Part shown: positions 50,537 to 61,794 of the stretch, piece after piece
Layout: each line of letters starts with the position of its first letter
How positions within the stretch are numbered: position 1 is the stretch's first letter
NCBI RefSeq assembly: GCF_947242115.1
Contig: NC_074716.1
Location: forward strand, 24,176,637 to 24,240,636
Source: Biomphalaria glabrata
Lineage: Eukaryota
DNA: 64,000 nucleotides
Direction of reading: 5' to 3'
Position numbers and translations under genes: made by a program
Notes under the pieces: generated by a model
The model's input: only the letters and a program-made list of their open reading frames with translations
What the model was told of the DNA's origin: nothing
The model's database searches: none

Positions 50537-50664
50537 CTGTTTAAAATCTTCTTCTGTATACAAAGGGCCAAGAGGTTGAGGTGGATAAGCTGGCATCTGT
50601 CCTGGCATGGGTGCCATACCAGGCATGGGTGCCATACCAGGCACAGGAGCCATACCAGGCATAA
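50537..50664 (-). CDS. TOLLIP: TOLLIP exon 6 (linker with a 3x PGMAP(V/M)P coding tandem repeat)
   Basis: Acceptor ttttag|, donor |gttttt. Encodes (V)MPGMAPVPGMAPMPGMAPMPGQMPAYPPQPLGPLYTEEDFKQ, aligning with human CSEEDLKAIQ. Confidence 0.8.
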
Positions 50665-51187
50665 CTAAAACAGAAATAAAATCATACACAATCAACACTA
50701 GGAAAACATTAGCTCATAACAGAAGAAAACAAAAACATGTTATTTGCAAGGCCTACCCAGGAAATTTAGTCTTTCAAAAGTATTTATTTTTGTTTTAAAC
50801 TAGGCATATTGTTCTGTTGTTTCATGCATTTTCTTTTGTATTATAATAATTTAAAAACTTTTTGAAGAGTTACTTATTCCTATTAGACACAACTTTTAAA
50901 TAAATTGGGAATTTCAGCTAGTGGGTTAAAAAGTTAATTTTGCTGAAATGTTCCAATGACCAAATTTGTGAGGTAGCGTATGGATAATATATCGAGAGCC
51001 ATCTGTCTTTAAAATACCTCCCAAAAAGGTCCAGGTGGCCATTTTTGTTTTCTAGCTGCAATTCATAATAACAAAAATGTGTAGATTTTGAAAATATGAA
51101 CTCTTAAAAAAAATTATTTACTCCAACAAAAACGTAGTAGGACTACAACTGTCTTTAGCAATGAAAATGAAATAATTCAGTTGATAC

Positions 51188-51278
51188 CTGGTGCTGGTGT
51201 TGGGTAATAGACAGGCATCATCATAGGCACTGGAGTGGTGTAGGAATAACTAATGATATTGCTCTCAATTGGAGCCTG
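51188..51278 (-). CDS. TOLLIP: TOLLIP exon 5 (linker)
   Basis: Acceptor actttcag|, donor |gtatca. Encodes QAPIESNIISYSYTTPVPMMMPVYYPTPAP(G); Pro/Met-rich like the human linker. Confidence 0.7.
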
Positions 51279-51508
51279 CTGAAAGTGCAATAAAACATTT
51301 AAATAAAAACAAAATACAGTTGTAGAGAATCTGTATGCATTAATGTTGTACTAAATATAATTTCATCATTTTTAAATTTATTAAATTAAATTAATATCAA
51401 ATTCATAATAATACCTTTGAAATCTGTATTTTTTTTTAAAACTACAAATGTAAAGTAAAAGAATATATTCTTGACAAAGGCTGAAGTCTGTAGTAACATC
51501 AAACTCAC

Positions 51509-51661
51509 AGACAAGGACAAAACTAAGTTGATAGAGCCTTCTTTATCATCACCCAGTCGACCACTGAGATGGAACCATTCATCGACAGTCTCACCATTCA
51601 TGACGGCTTCTGGAAACCTGATGTGTGCCCAGGCTATACGATCATCCATTGTAAATGACCT
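51509..51661 (-). CDS. TOLLIP: TOLLIP exon 4 (C2 domain)
   Basis: Acceptor ttaaccag|, donor |gtgagt. Encodes [51 protein letters not shown], aligning with human [51 protein letters not shown]. Confidence 0.9.
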
Positions 51662-51835
51662 CTGGTTAAAAGTAAAAATGTTTTAAAAAAATATTTTTTA
51701 GGTAGATAACAACAACATTAACAGATTTTATGTAAAAGATAAGAATTTTTCATTTGTAATGGTGCTGTTTTGTTCTTATATGATACTAAAGATAGAATGT
51801 TATACAATATATATATAATTAAATATTAAACTGAC

Positions 51836-51884
51836 CTCATCAAATACTTCAATATACATCGAGTCAACACCTAAAGGAAGATAC
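51836..51884 (-). CDS. TOLLIP: TOLLIP exon 3 (C2 domain)
   Basis: Acceptor tcctcctag|, donor |gtcagt. Encodes (A)YLPLGVDSMYIEVFDE, aligning with human VPPGVDSFYLEIFDE. Phase links it to exon 2. Confidence 0.8.
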
Positions 51885-52279
51885 CTAGGAGGAAAAAAAA
51901 AAGGATTTCCATTTTTTAAAAGAAAAAAAGTTGTTAAGGGTGTACTACTTACGTTTGTAAAAATGACTGATAGGCAATAAAAAGTAAAACAAGGTCTCTT
52001 ATTTGGAAACGAAAGATAATGATGATTTTTTTTAAACACAAGCTTTGAACTAAATTACTGAATCTACTGTTTCCAAATAGATAGTGTAGTTGTAATAAAG
52101 AAAATTAAAAAAACTAAAATTGTTTCATTTCAACTCTTGCAAAAAAAATAAATAAATAAATAAAATGTCCATTTCCTGAACTCTATACCCTTTCATGAAT
52201 TCAAAGACAAATATCATAATTAAAAACAATATTTCTAACTACTACAAATTGAATGAAATTAATAACAAAGTCAACCTAC

Positions 52280-52413
52280 GCTGTTACTGTTTTGTTCCAT
52301 CTTGGATTTTTAGCTCCATTGTAAGCTGTTGGGGTCTCAAACACTGTGTGCCCAATACGAACTCTGCAATATGGGTCCATTTTGGTGATCCCATAATTTT
52401 TATTCAGCTTTGC
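52280..52413 (-). CDS. TOLLIP: TOLLIP exon 2 (C2 domain)
   Basis: Acceptor ttttctag|, donor |gtaggt. Encodes [44 protein letters not shown], aligning with human [41 protein letters not shown]. Confidence 0.85.
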
Positions 52414-52779
52414 CTAGAAAAAAAAATAAATAGAATTCTAAAAATGAATGAGCAAAACTTTTGACCAAGCACAAAGTAGTTCTTTAAGGATTTTCTAGCT
52501 TTAGTCCAGAGTATGAATCTTAAAAAAAAAAGAAAAAAAAAACAAAGCGTGTGATCTGTTATGCTGTCAATCAGAACCACTACACTTGCTACTAGCCAGC
52601 TAAAAGTGGAGTGTGTGTCTAGTGCCTGGTGAAACTTTTAGAAGTACTGCCACTGATGAGTGGATAAAAGGAAGTGAATGGAAGAAGAATGGGGAGAGAG
52701 GAACTTAAAGGATTATTGTATGATGAAAGCTGTACACTTCTAGTGAGAGATAGTTTCAAAATCTATCTACACTTAGTAC

Positions 52780-52941
52780 CTGTACAACAGAAATGCTCAA
52801 CCGACCAGCAAAGTTAGATGAGGACATGACATGACCAGCTTGTTGTTGTGCCTGTAATGCCCTGGCAATTCTTTCATCCTCCTGTTCTTGGGTCAGGGCA
52901 GGTCCAGTGCGGAGAAAATCAGATGGTAGTTCACCAACCAT
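52780..52941 (-). CDS. TOLLIP: TOLLIP coding exon 1 (ATG at 52941)
   Basis: Encodes MVGELPSDFLRTGPALTQEQEDERIARALQAQQQAGHVMSSSNFAGRLSISVVQ, aligning with human [20 protein letters not shown]...VGRLNITVVQ. Donor |gtacta on the minus strand. Confidence 0.85.
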
Positions 52942-54609
52942 AACCTAATTTAAATTTGGAAAGCATTTTACAAAATTGTAAGTTAGTTGAACTAACAAAG
53001 CCCATACATGCCAATATAAAACTTTCACACTTTAAGGTTATTTCAAGGTTATTTTCTTCCATACTGCATCTAACCAAAGAGACTTAATTGTAATTATCTT
53101 CTCCTTTAAGTAACATATTTTATAATTTATAAAATAAGATTTTAAGAAACCAAACAATTTGCATTATATTAAATCATCAGTACAACAAAAAGTATTATAA
53201 TTAACGATATGATACTAATTGTCATAGATCTTAACTCCAATATTTGCAGATACACGGTAATGCTAAAACTTGATAACCAAATATATATATATATATTAGG
53301 GGTGCGTCCGGAGCCAGATATGACAGGATAGTAAAATTTGATATTCGGCCGGAGCCGGATACCTAAGTGTCTTGTTAATAGCTTGTGTTGCTGAACATTT
53401 TACGAATCTGTTAAATATCATACATATATTTGTTGGTTTTATTATTTTTTTGCTTTTATATACCTTATTGTTTTAAATATATTAGTTGGTTTTATTTTTT
53501 TTTCCTTTTATATACCTTATTGTTTTAAACTCTGTTACTAATTGATTTATTCAAGCTTTACAGTATTTCTAAAAATCTGTATTGCATGAGTGTTTCTTTT
53601 GTGTATGTACGATGCCACCAAATGTAAAGGCTGTATGTGGGAGGGTCAATGTAAAATATGTTAGTATACATTTAACTAGTTACTAATGTAAATCTCTCAT
53701 AAGTGAAGTGCAATCTGCCTTTAATAGTGGTCGGATGTATGTGTTCATTTCAGACCAACAGCCTGGTCAGATATACCTAGTGAGCCTACACATGTAGTCC
53801 TAGTGTAGTGTGTATAGCTGTTTGTGTTAACCATCAAGCATTGTTTTTTCCTTGAGCATATACATGCAATAGAGTTGGGTGTCAGTCAAAAAAGATAACA
53901 TATTGGCATGGTCAGTCAAGCATATAAATAAATTATACCCGTCCATGAGTTAGAGGTCAAGGGTTGTTGTTTTTTACGCTCCAGCATATTGTTTCTTTGT
54001 TTGCTAGATCTAACTGCGGTACTATTATTCAATTTATTTTATGCAATTTTAAAATTTACTGTAAGGTTTTCTGTTATTTATTAAGTCAAAAGAATTAAAC
54101 AATGAAATTAGCCTTCTTTCTATAAAGTTTTTAATACAAGGCAAAAAATACACACACGCAAACATGCACATCTTTGTTTTATTTTATTGTGCAAAGAACA
54201 TACGTTAGAAATATTAAATGCAAAGAACGTATGTTAGAAACATCTTCCTTAATTATTACTTATTAATTATTTTATTCATGGTTTCAGTAACTGTTACAAA
54301 AGGGAACAATAGTAAGCCTATGGATGTCAGGTGTGTAAATGTCATCCTAGCCTGATACACAGTGGCTATGTACGCATCTTAAGTAAAAAAAAATAGAAAT
54401 AACAAGGAGTTAATTGACTTTCACATATTATTAAGAATATTGTTATCAAATCAAGACACTTAACTGCAGGAGTAATATTCAAGTTAACACGTTAGAAAAA
54501 TTATTTAACCGTAATATTTATTGACTGTGTAATATCCTATGTTGGCACGTTGTGTTTTTTAAAATTCTGGCTTCAAATGGTCAATGTCTATCAATAGAAT
54601 GGGTATCAA

Positions 54610-54975
54610 GGACCAAAGAAATAAAATAAAGAGTAGGGGGTGTTAAGCTCTCCATTTAAAGATAGCCCTGATCGTGTCTTCTACAAAATAATTAGTTACT
54701 GGCTTACTGGGCTACATAATCTCGTGGTTTGTGTTCTGTGTAGCTAAAGGTCATTCGTTTAGGTGTGTGTGATCTTTAGTCCAGCTTACACACACCAAAG
54801 AAAAAAAATAAAGAGTAGGTGGTGTTAAGCTCTCCATTCAAAGATAGCCCTGGTCGTGTCGTCTACAAAATAATTAGTTACTGGCTTACTGGGCTATATA
54901 ATCTCGCGGTTTGTGTTCTGTGTAGCTAAAGGTCACTCGTTTAGGTGTGTGTGATCTTTAGTCCAGCTTACTAAT
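54610..54975. repeat. About 185-bp tandem duplication (x2) inside the DNA transposon
   Basis: aaagaaa..aaagagtagg(g/t)ggtgttaagctctccatt(t/c)aaagatagccctg...tgtgatctttagtccagcttac is repeated head-to-tail at about 90% identity. Confidence 0.8.
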
Positions 54976-55089
54976 TGAGATTTATGTTCAAGTAACTCGG
55001 CACACTTGAAAACCGAACCATGTGATTCAGATTTTTCTCCAAATAAGCCAATTCTTTGTCCGGATACCAGTGTAGATGTTTGGCTTGAA

Positions 55090-55700
55090 GTCCAGCCCCC
55101 CCTCCCCCCAATTAAGATTAACTACTAAGTAAACAAACCTAGTTCCCTCGTGTGACCTCTAAAGAGTGCTTACGTCCATCGTATCTGACTTGGGGTCACC
55201 TGTCAATCAATGAACTCAATGTGATGGACTAAACAAATAAAAGGGGGAGGGAGTTGTTCATCTGGAAATATACCTAGTTTCCTTAGGTGGCTCTTGTAGT
55301 CCAGCCCCCCAATTAAGATTACTAAATAAACAAACCTAGTTCCCTCGTGTGACCTCTAGAGAGTGCTTATGTCCATTGTATCTGACTTGGAGTCACCTGT
55401 CAATCAATGAACTCAATGTGATGGACTAAACAAAGAAAAGGGGGAGGGAATTGTTAATCTGGAAATATACCTAGTCCTAGTTACCTTAGAGGTGTGGCTC
55501 TTGTAGTCCAGCCCCCCTAATAAAGATTAACTACTAAGTAAACAAACTCAGTTCCCTTGAAAGGTGTGACCTCTAGTGAGTGTCAATACGCTGACATTAA
55601 ACCTACGTCCATCGTATTTAACTTGTGGGCACCTGCCTATAAAAAAAACTCAATGTGATGGACTAAACAAATAAAAGGGGGTGGGAGTTGTTCATCTCTA
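55090..55700. repeat. About 208-bp tandem repeat (x3) inside the DNA transposon
   Basis: Units begin cagcccccc..aattaagatta(a)ctac..aaacaaacctagttccctcgtgtgacctcta.agagtgctta.gtccat.gtatctgacttgg.gtcacctgtcaatcaatgaactcaatgtgatggactaaacaaa.aaaagggggagggag. Confidence 0.8.
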
Positions 55701-56470
55701 CCTCTGGAGTTATACCCGCACAGCTAGACAGACGTCTGGTCAGCATGACGTAATCAAGGAATGTAGCATTTTAACATGTTAACTAACCTACTCAAAGGTC
55801 AAGACAAATTGAAAAAATGTGCTAGCCATTGCTGCTCTGTACGTAAAGTGCATTTATGATGTAAAGTATCATTTCTATTAAGACGCCTTGTATTTATAAT
55901 AAACGTTGTTTCGTGTAAATTCATAATGTAATGGCTCTATTTTTAAGCACATTATTTTGTTTTTTAAATTAAAATATAAACATTAATACATTCTACAACA
56001 GACATTAACGGAACGAGGTCCACTTTATGCATATTAAATAGTTGTACTTTTTACAATTCTGTAGTGATATCCGGGTGGAGCCGAATATCGCCGGATAGTA
56101 AAAAATGCCGGTTATTCGACAGAAGTCGGAGCGACTATCCGGTGCACCCCTAATATATATATATTTATATATAGATCTATATTATATATTATTTTCAATT
56201 ATTTATTAAAAATAGAGAAAACTTGCAGAAATCATGAAAATGATCAGTTTCTATTGATTTGTGTCTAATACTAACACAGTAACAGTCTATCACTGTCTAA
56301 GTCTAAGGTAGGATCCCAGTAAGAACTGTATTTAAATACCTTAAAAAAAGTTTTTAAGTAGTAGGCCTAATAGAAATCTAGGTTAAATTTTCTTATTTTA
56401 TAATTTTTATATTCCCCAATATTCTAACCCAACAGTTACAGTCACATCATGATTACCCATATCCTACTTT

Positions 56471-56487
56471 GTACACTGGCAGTGTAC
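56471..56487. other. Hairpin motif GTACACTG-g-CAGTGTAC followed by TTTTTCAAAAA (copy A)
   Basis: Perfect 8-bp inverted repeat, related to the copies at 56829 and 57979. Confidence 0.6.
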
Positions 56488-56828
56488 GTTTTTCAAAAAC
56501 TTATATAAAAAAAACTATTAAAGTTTTTTCTATTTTTTCTTTTGTTTTCATTTAAGAACATGTTTGTCCACATTTTGCCACTGCTGTTTGACTTTTACAA
56601 TTGCGTTTTATTATTTTATTGCGCATGAAAGTGACAACATTGTCAAAAATTGAAAAAAATGAAACCAATTCGGAAAATGTAAGTAATAACACATTTATAT
56701 AAATATTTTCAAATAAAACTAATTGATTTAGAAACATAAAGTATCCTAGTATTATAATTAATTAATAGATTTAAAATTTATAGCATGGTCTTTTCAAATT
56801 TTAATTTTTTGTAACGTACACTCCCAGT

Positions 56829-56845
56829 GTACATGGCAGGATATG
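56829..56845. other. Hairpin motif ACGTACACTcccAGTGTACAT (copy B)
   Basis: Shares aCGTACACnnCCAGTGTACAT with the copy at 57975-57997. Confidence 0.6.
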
Positions 56846-57978
56846 CCACTGTAGGAATCAATGACTGATATATGAATCAAAATAGATCAAGACTTCATTT
56901 AGAACATAGATTTGCTTGTTTTAACCAATATTATCATATATTATTGCTATACAACATACATACCATTATAATTGCAAATTATAGAACTAATTATGATGAT
57001 TATAAGGTTATTATTTGAAAACATATAAACAATAATATAATAATTCCTTTTATATATTTTCTTTCTTTTTGTTTTATTTTACTTCATGCAGTTCTCCTAG
57101 GCTATAGTATTTTAACTGACTGCTTAGAAAAATATTGGTCCCATTAGCAAATTATAATACTATTGATGTATGGTTATGTGAAAAAAAAATTATAATAATA
57201 ATTATAGATATTTATAATATTTTTTAGGGTCTCAAGTAAATATTAACAGTTCACAATGTCATCATTAAGAATCAAGATGAGAACCTGATATCTAATAGTA
57301 AATAAATGAATTAGACAAAAGCATGATTGAGTTTCAGTGACATTAGAATCTTATAATTTGTTATTAGGACCTTGTGTTATGTCATAACATAATATGTTTA
57401 CCTCTGAGACACCGTTATTTATTATGTATTCTTATTTTTACAATTTAGTCACAATTTAGTATAGCTAATTAGCAGAGCTAATATCACGAGGGAATTGAGT
57501 CTATAGACTTTATCAAAGCTAACAAACTTGAAAATGCCAAAATTATGACTGTGACCCAATGAAAAGAATTAGAAAAAAATGGAATTTATGATTATTACAT
57601 AACTGATAAGCATATAAATATACGAATATACGAGCATATAAAGGTATGTTTGGTTCAACCGCACTTCAAATATTAAAATCTTTGCTTATGGACATGATCT
57701 TTGAATATCTCACTATTGTACATTAATTTGTTGTTGTAAAAAATATATCTGGATAGTACTGGTTAGTACCAGATAATGTTGTACATTTGATGCCTATTTT
57801 TTTACTATATTGTAATAATTTTTTAGTAAAAAAAGCATTAAAATATACTTTTTTTTTTTGCGTTAAAATGCTTAATTTGTGTGTTTTTCAATGTTATTAA
57901 CTATTCTGTTTTCACTTAAAGATTGTAAAAAAAAAATATTTTTTTTATATATGTTCCTCACGGGCCACTTCCTGCTAC

Positions 57979-57995
57979 GTACACCGCCAGTGTAC
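57979..57995. other. Hairpin motif ACGTACACcgCCAGTGTACAT + TTTTCAAAAATTC (copy C), about 105 bp upstream of the RTE ORF ATG
   Basis: Shares the 5' part with copy B and the 3' part (CAGTGTAC..TTTTCAAAAA) with copy A. Confidence 0.6.
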
Positions 57996-58099
57996 ATCTC
58001 ACAGAATTTTCAAAAATTCTTTTTGCAGTGTCTTAGTTTGACAAGACAATAATATATTCAGGACATGACAAGGAGCACATTGGTGGTGTAGGAATCATC

Positions 58100-60814
58100 A
58101 TGTCTAAAATAGCAGCTTCAGCGCTAATTGCTTGGAAGCCGATCAGTGACCGCATCATTACAGCTCGACTCCAAACAAAGGAAATTAAAGTCACTACCAT
58201 CCAAGCTTATGCCCCTACAGAGGATGCAGAAGATACCATCAAAGATCAGTTCTATAATCAACTACAAACCACTCTTGATGAAACACCTACTCACGACCTA
58301 ATTCTACTGATGGGAGATTTTAACGCCAAAATCAATCCCAACCGAACTGGCTTTGAATATGTAATGGGACCATATGGCTCTGCAGAAAACATCAGTGATA
58401 ATGGCGAGCGTTTGATTTCTCTCTGCACATCCAACAGCCTTTCAATTGGAAACACATATTTTAAGCACAAACAAATACACAAAAAAACATGGCGATCACC
58501 AAATGGGGAAACCTTCAACGAGATAGATTACATTTGCATCTCCAAACGATGGAGGTCATCTCTGTTAGACGTGCGGACCCGCAGAGGAGCTGATATCGGC
58601 TCAGACCACTACCTTGTCAGTGGCAAATGTAAGCTCCGATTGAAACGCCAACCAAAACGAGCCACACGACCCCGCCCATTTAATGTAGAGAAGCTTAAAG
58701 ACGGCAATACTGCAGCACAGTTCCAATTGAAACTAACGAACCGCTTTGAGGCTCTTGCAGATATATTGACCCTTGAAGAAGAGTGGGCCAACTTCAAAGA
58801 TACCACTATTGGGTGCGCAGAAGAAGTTATCGGAAGGAGGCGAGGTTCATACAAGAAACGGTGGATACAAGACAGAACATGGAAATTGATAGATGAGAGG
58901 AAAGAGGCCAAACGTAGACGAGATCAGAAAAATGAAACACAGGATCGCAGCCTAGCGGAAGAAGCCTATAGGGAAGCAGATCTGAAAGTAAAGAGAAGCT
59001 GTCGGCAAGATAAACGGGACTGGATTGAGCAGAAGGGACAAGAGGCACAAGCAGCTGCAAGCAGAAATGACACAAAAACCCTCCATCGTATTGTCCGAGA
59101 TCTCACTGGAGCAAAGAGTGGACATGGGGCACCAATAAAAGACAAGCAAGGCAAAACTTTGTTAACGAAAGAAGAACAGGATGCAAGATGGGTAGAGCAC
59201 TTTAAAGAGACCCTTAACCAACTGTCGCCAGACATAACTTACATATTCAAGGACCCCTCTCCAGACAATGATCTCAAGGTCAAGACAGACCCAATAACTG
59301 CTGAGGAGGTTACCATGGCCATTGCAGTGCTAAAGAATAACAAAGCACCAGGACTAGACATGATATCAGCAGAAATGCTAAAATATGGGGGACAGTGCAT
59401 TGTTAACAGAATGACTGATCTCTTAAATCTCTGTTGGCGAACTTCAAAAGTCCCAGAGGACTGGCAAAAGGGAGTGATTGTAAAGCTTCCAAAAAAGGGC
59501 AACTTGGCAGACTGTAACAACTGGAGGGGCATTACTCTCCTCTCTGTCCCAGGCAAAGTTTTCAGCACTGTTTTGTTGAGACGGCTTCAACAGTCTGTAG
59601 ATGAAAGGCTCTGAGAAGAACAAGCAGGTTTCCGAAGAGGCAGATCATGTACAGAGCAGATTTTCGTTTTACGAAATATCATAGAACAAAGTTTTGAGTA
59701 CCAACAACGGCTAACGATCAGTTTCGTGGACTTCAAAAAAGCGTTTGATAGTGTCCACCGAGAATCACTATGGAAAATAGTTAGAGAATACGGTATACCA
59801 GAAAAATTCGTCCAGATCCTACGACACCTTTACAGTCAGTCTAGTTGCTGCATTAAAACAGAAGAGGGAACAACAGAGTTTTTTACAATCGAGACAGGTG
59901 TGAGACAGGGGTGCATCTTATCTCCCTTCCTTTTCCTCCTAGCCATCGACTACATAATGAGGAGAGCAATGAACCAGACTGCCTTTGGTATTCCATGGCA
60001 TGAACAACTCCGATTGACGGACTTGGACTTTGCTGATGATGTTGCACTACTCGGGGCTACAAATAAATGCATTCAAGAAATGACGGAGAGCCTAGACAGA
60101 GAGGCACCCAAAATTGGCCTCCGCATAAACTTGGATAAGACTAAAATTATGCGAGTGGGATATAAGGCAAAGGGTGTCCCCGTCAGACTTGGCGAGTCAA
60201 AGCTTGAAGAGCTGGACAAGTTCACGTACCTTGGCAGCATCATAACAAATGATGGAGATGCTTACCATGATGTAGCGTGCCGAATAGGAAAGGCAGGGAG
60301 CATTTTCCAAAGGCTGCAGCCTATTTGGACTAGCCAAGCCATTGGACTCGAGACAAAAATACACCTTCTCAACACAATCGTCATTCCAACTGCTACATAT
60401 GCATGTGAGACGTGGAAGTCATCTGTCAAAATTGAGAAAAGACTAAATGTGGCTCAACAGAGATGGCTGAGACGGATTTTGGGAGTCAGTTACACAGACC
60501 GGATCTCAAACAAGGAAATCCTTTGCCGAACTGGGAGTCGAACACTTAGTGAGGTTGTGACTGAGCGTCGCATGAGGTTTGCGGGACATGTTCTACGTCA
60601 AAATGAATTACGCACACCAAGAGTTGCGATAACATGGAAGCTAAAACGAGGAAAGCGCAAACAGGGACGTCCTCGTATTACCTGGCGACATACCTTCATG
60701 GAGGACCTCAGAACAGTGGACACCAGATGGGAAGAGGCTTCAGACATTGCCAGTGACAGATCATTATGGAGACAGCTTGCCGCCCAATGCGCCGAACGGC
60801 GCGGGAGGACCTAA
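58100..60814 (+). pseudogene. RTE-like pol ORF (about 905 aa) interrupted by one in-frame TGA at 59612-59614
   Basis: ORFs 58100-59614 and 59726-60814 are in the same frame (both frame 2). The only interruption is a TGA between the endonuclease/linker and the RT domain. Confidence 0.7.
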
Positions 60815-60959
60815 GTCTAAGTCTAAGTAAGTTTGACCAATAGAAATTTATATTTAATAGAAAATTTATATTTAATGCAGTAATAAAGTTTTGGGGGTTA
60901 ATGGGTTAAGTCATGATTATTATTAGACTTCCAAGATTAATTAGATATATTAAAATTAA

Positions 60960-61080
60960 ATAGACAAGATCTAATCTAGATCTAGAATAGATAAGATCTA
61001 GAACTTGAGTACAATAAAAAAATAATCTAGGAGTCTAGACGCTAGACTCTAGATCTAGAATAACCTAGATTTACATTACT
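60960..61080. repeat. TCTAGA-rich palindromic block
   Basis: Motif composition as above; about 130 bp downstream of the RTE stop. Confidence 0.7.
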
Positions 61081-61129
61081 ATTCCTCTATGGTAAAACTT
61101 CCCATCAAAGGCCCCTAGTTTTTCAAGTC

Positions 61130-61260
61130 AATTATTTGGCAGCTGTCTATCCGCATGTATGATGACGTAGTGACGTGACCTTACCTGCCCACACGCGCTC
61201 TACTAGCAGAGCGCGCCCGGTCACTGGTCCCTCTCTCTCTTTCCTCTTTTAGTACGGTAA
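61130..61260. promoter_or_regulatory. GC-rich promoter-like segment with tandem CRE half-sites (TGACGTAGTGACGTGAC) and a 7-bp-stem hairpin GCGCTCTactagcAGAGCGC
   Basis: It is directly visible and bracketed by TCTAGA blocks. GTGACGTAG recurs at 20590. Confidence 0.3.
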
Positions 61261-61647
61261 ATCTTAGATCTATGTAATATAGATTTAGATTTTTTTCTAC
61301 AAATTATTCTTGGAATAATATTAATGTTTAGATGGTATTTTATGTTTTTAATTTGGGAATTTTAATTAATATATTATTAATTAATTAATTATAGACTTAC
61401 GTATCTTTGCTAAAAAAAATAAAATAATAAATCTAATCGTGTGTTAACTGTTTTGTTTATTTTAAATACATATTTAAATAAATTTTTTCTGCCCTCGTTT
61501 TTTTTTAGATTATGACTCTCCGATTGAATCATTTTAACAGGATAATAATAAGCAAAGCATAAGTTTTAAAAAAATAATATCTAAAGATACAATGCCATAT
61601 TTTAGAAGAAAGATGTAATTTTATTTTTCTACTTTAAAAATAGCCAG

Positions 61648-61745
61648 TAGTGACCTTGTGACCTGATTACTGTAGCGATAGACAGCGCGGTGCTGCCACT
61701 TGTGTAACATTCTTCAAAAGGGTCCTTCGATGTAAAGTTTTACCC
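61648..61745. repeat. Short dispersed repeat copy 2
   Basis: See 49137-49232. Confidence 0.7.
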
Positions 61746-61794
61746 AGAGAGTAATAGTTATAATAGTAGACAATCTAAGAGTAGTAAGACTACT

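Larger units (their letters stand above)
50270..52941 (-). other. TOLLIP: TOLLIP (Toll-interacting protein) gene span, coding part, 7 exons
   Basis: Minus-strand exon chain. The peptide aligns collinearly with human TOLLIP (TBD, C2 and CUE domains). Confidence 0.85.
53295..56162. mobile_element. Non-autonomous TIR DNA transposon (about 2.87 kb) with long imperfect TIRs, inserted in a (TA)n tract, about 350 bp upstream of the TOLLIP ATG
   Basis: Left end TAGGGGTGCGTCCGGAGCC...GATATTCGGCCGGAGCCGGATAC. Right end is its inverted complement (...GGATATCCGGGTGGAGCCGAATATCGCC...CCGGTGCACCCCTA). Both ends abut (TA)n. There is no long ORF inside. Confidence 0.7.
57955..60900 (+). mobile_element. RTE-like non-LTR retrotransposon (APE endonuclease + RT, single ORF, no ORF1), 3' boundary approximate
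   Basis: ORF 58100-60814 with an N-terminal EEP/APE nuclease domain (LLMGDFNAK..SDHYLV) and RT motifs (FVDFKKAFDSV, LDFADDVALL). The stop is embedded in (TAAGTC)x3. Organisation matches the RTE clade. Confidence 0.75.

Noticed and set aside
58291-59568. Multiple 65-109-aa minus-strand ORFs
   Set aside because: They are antisense to the RTE pol ORF; the plus-strand reading frame has clear APE and RT homology.
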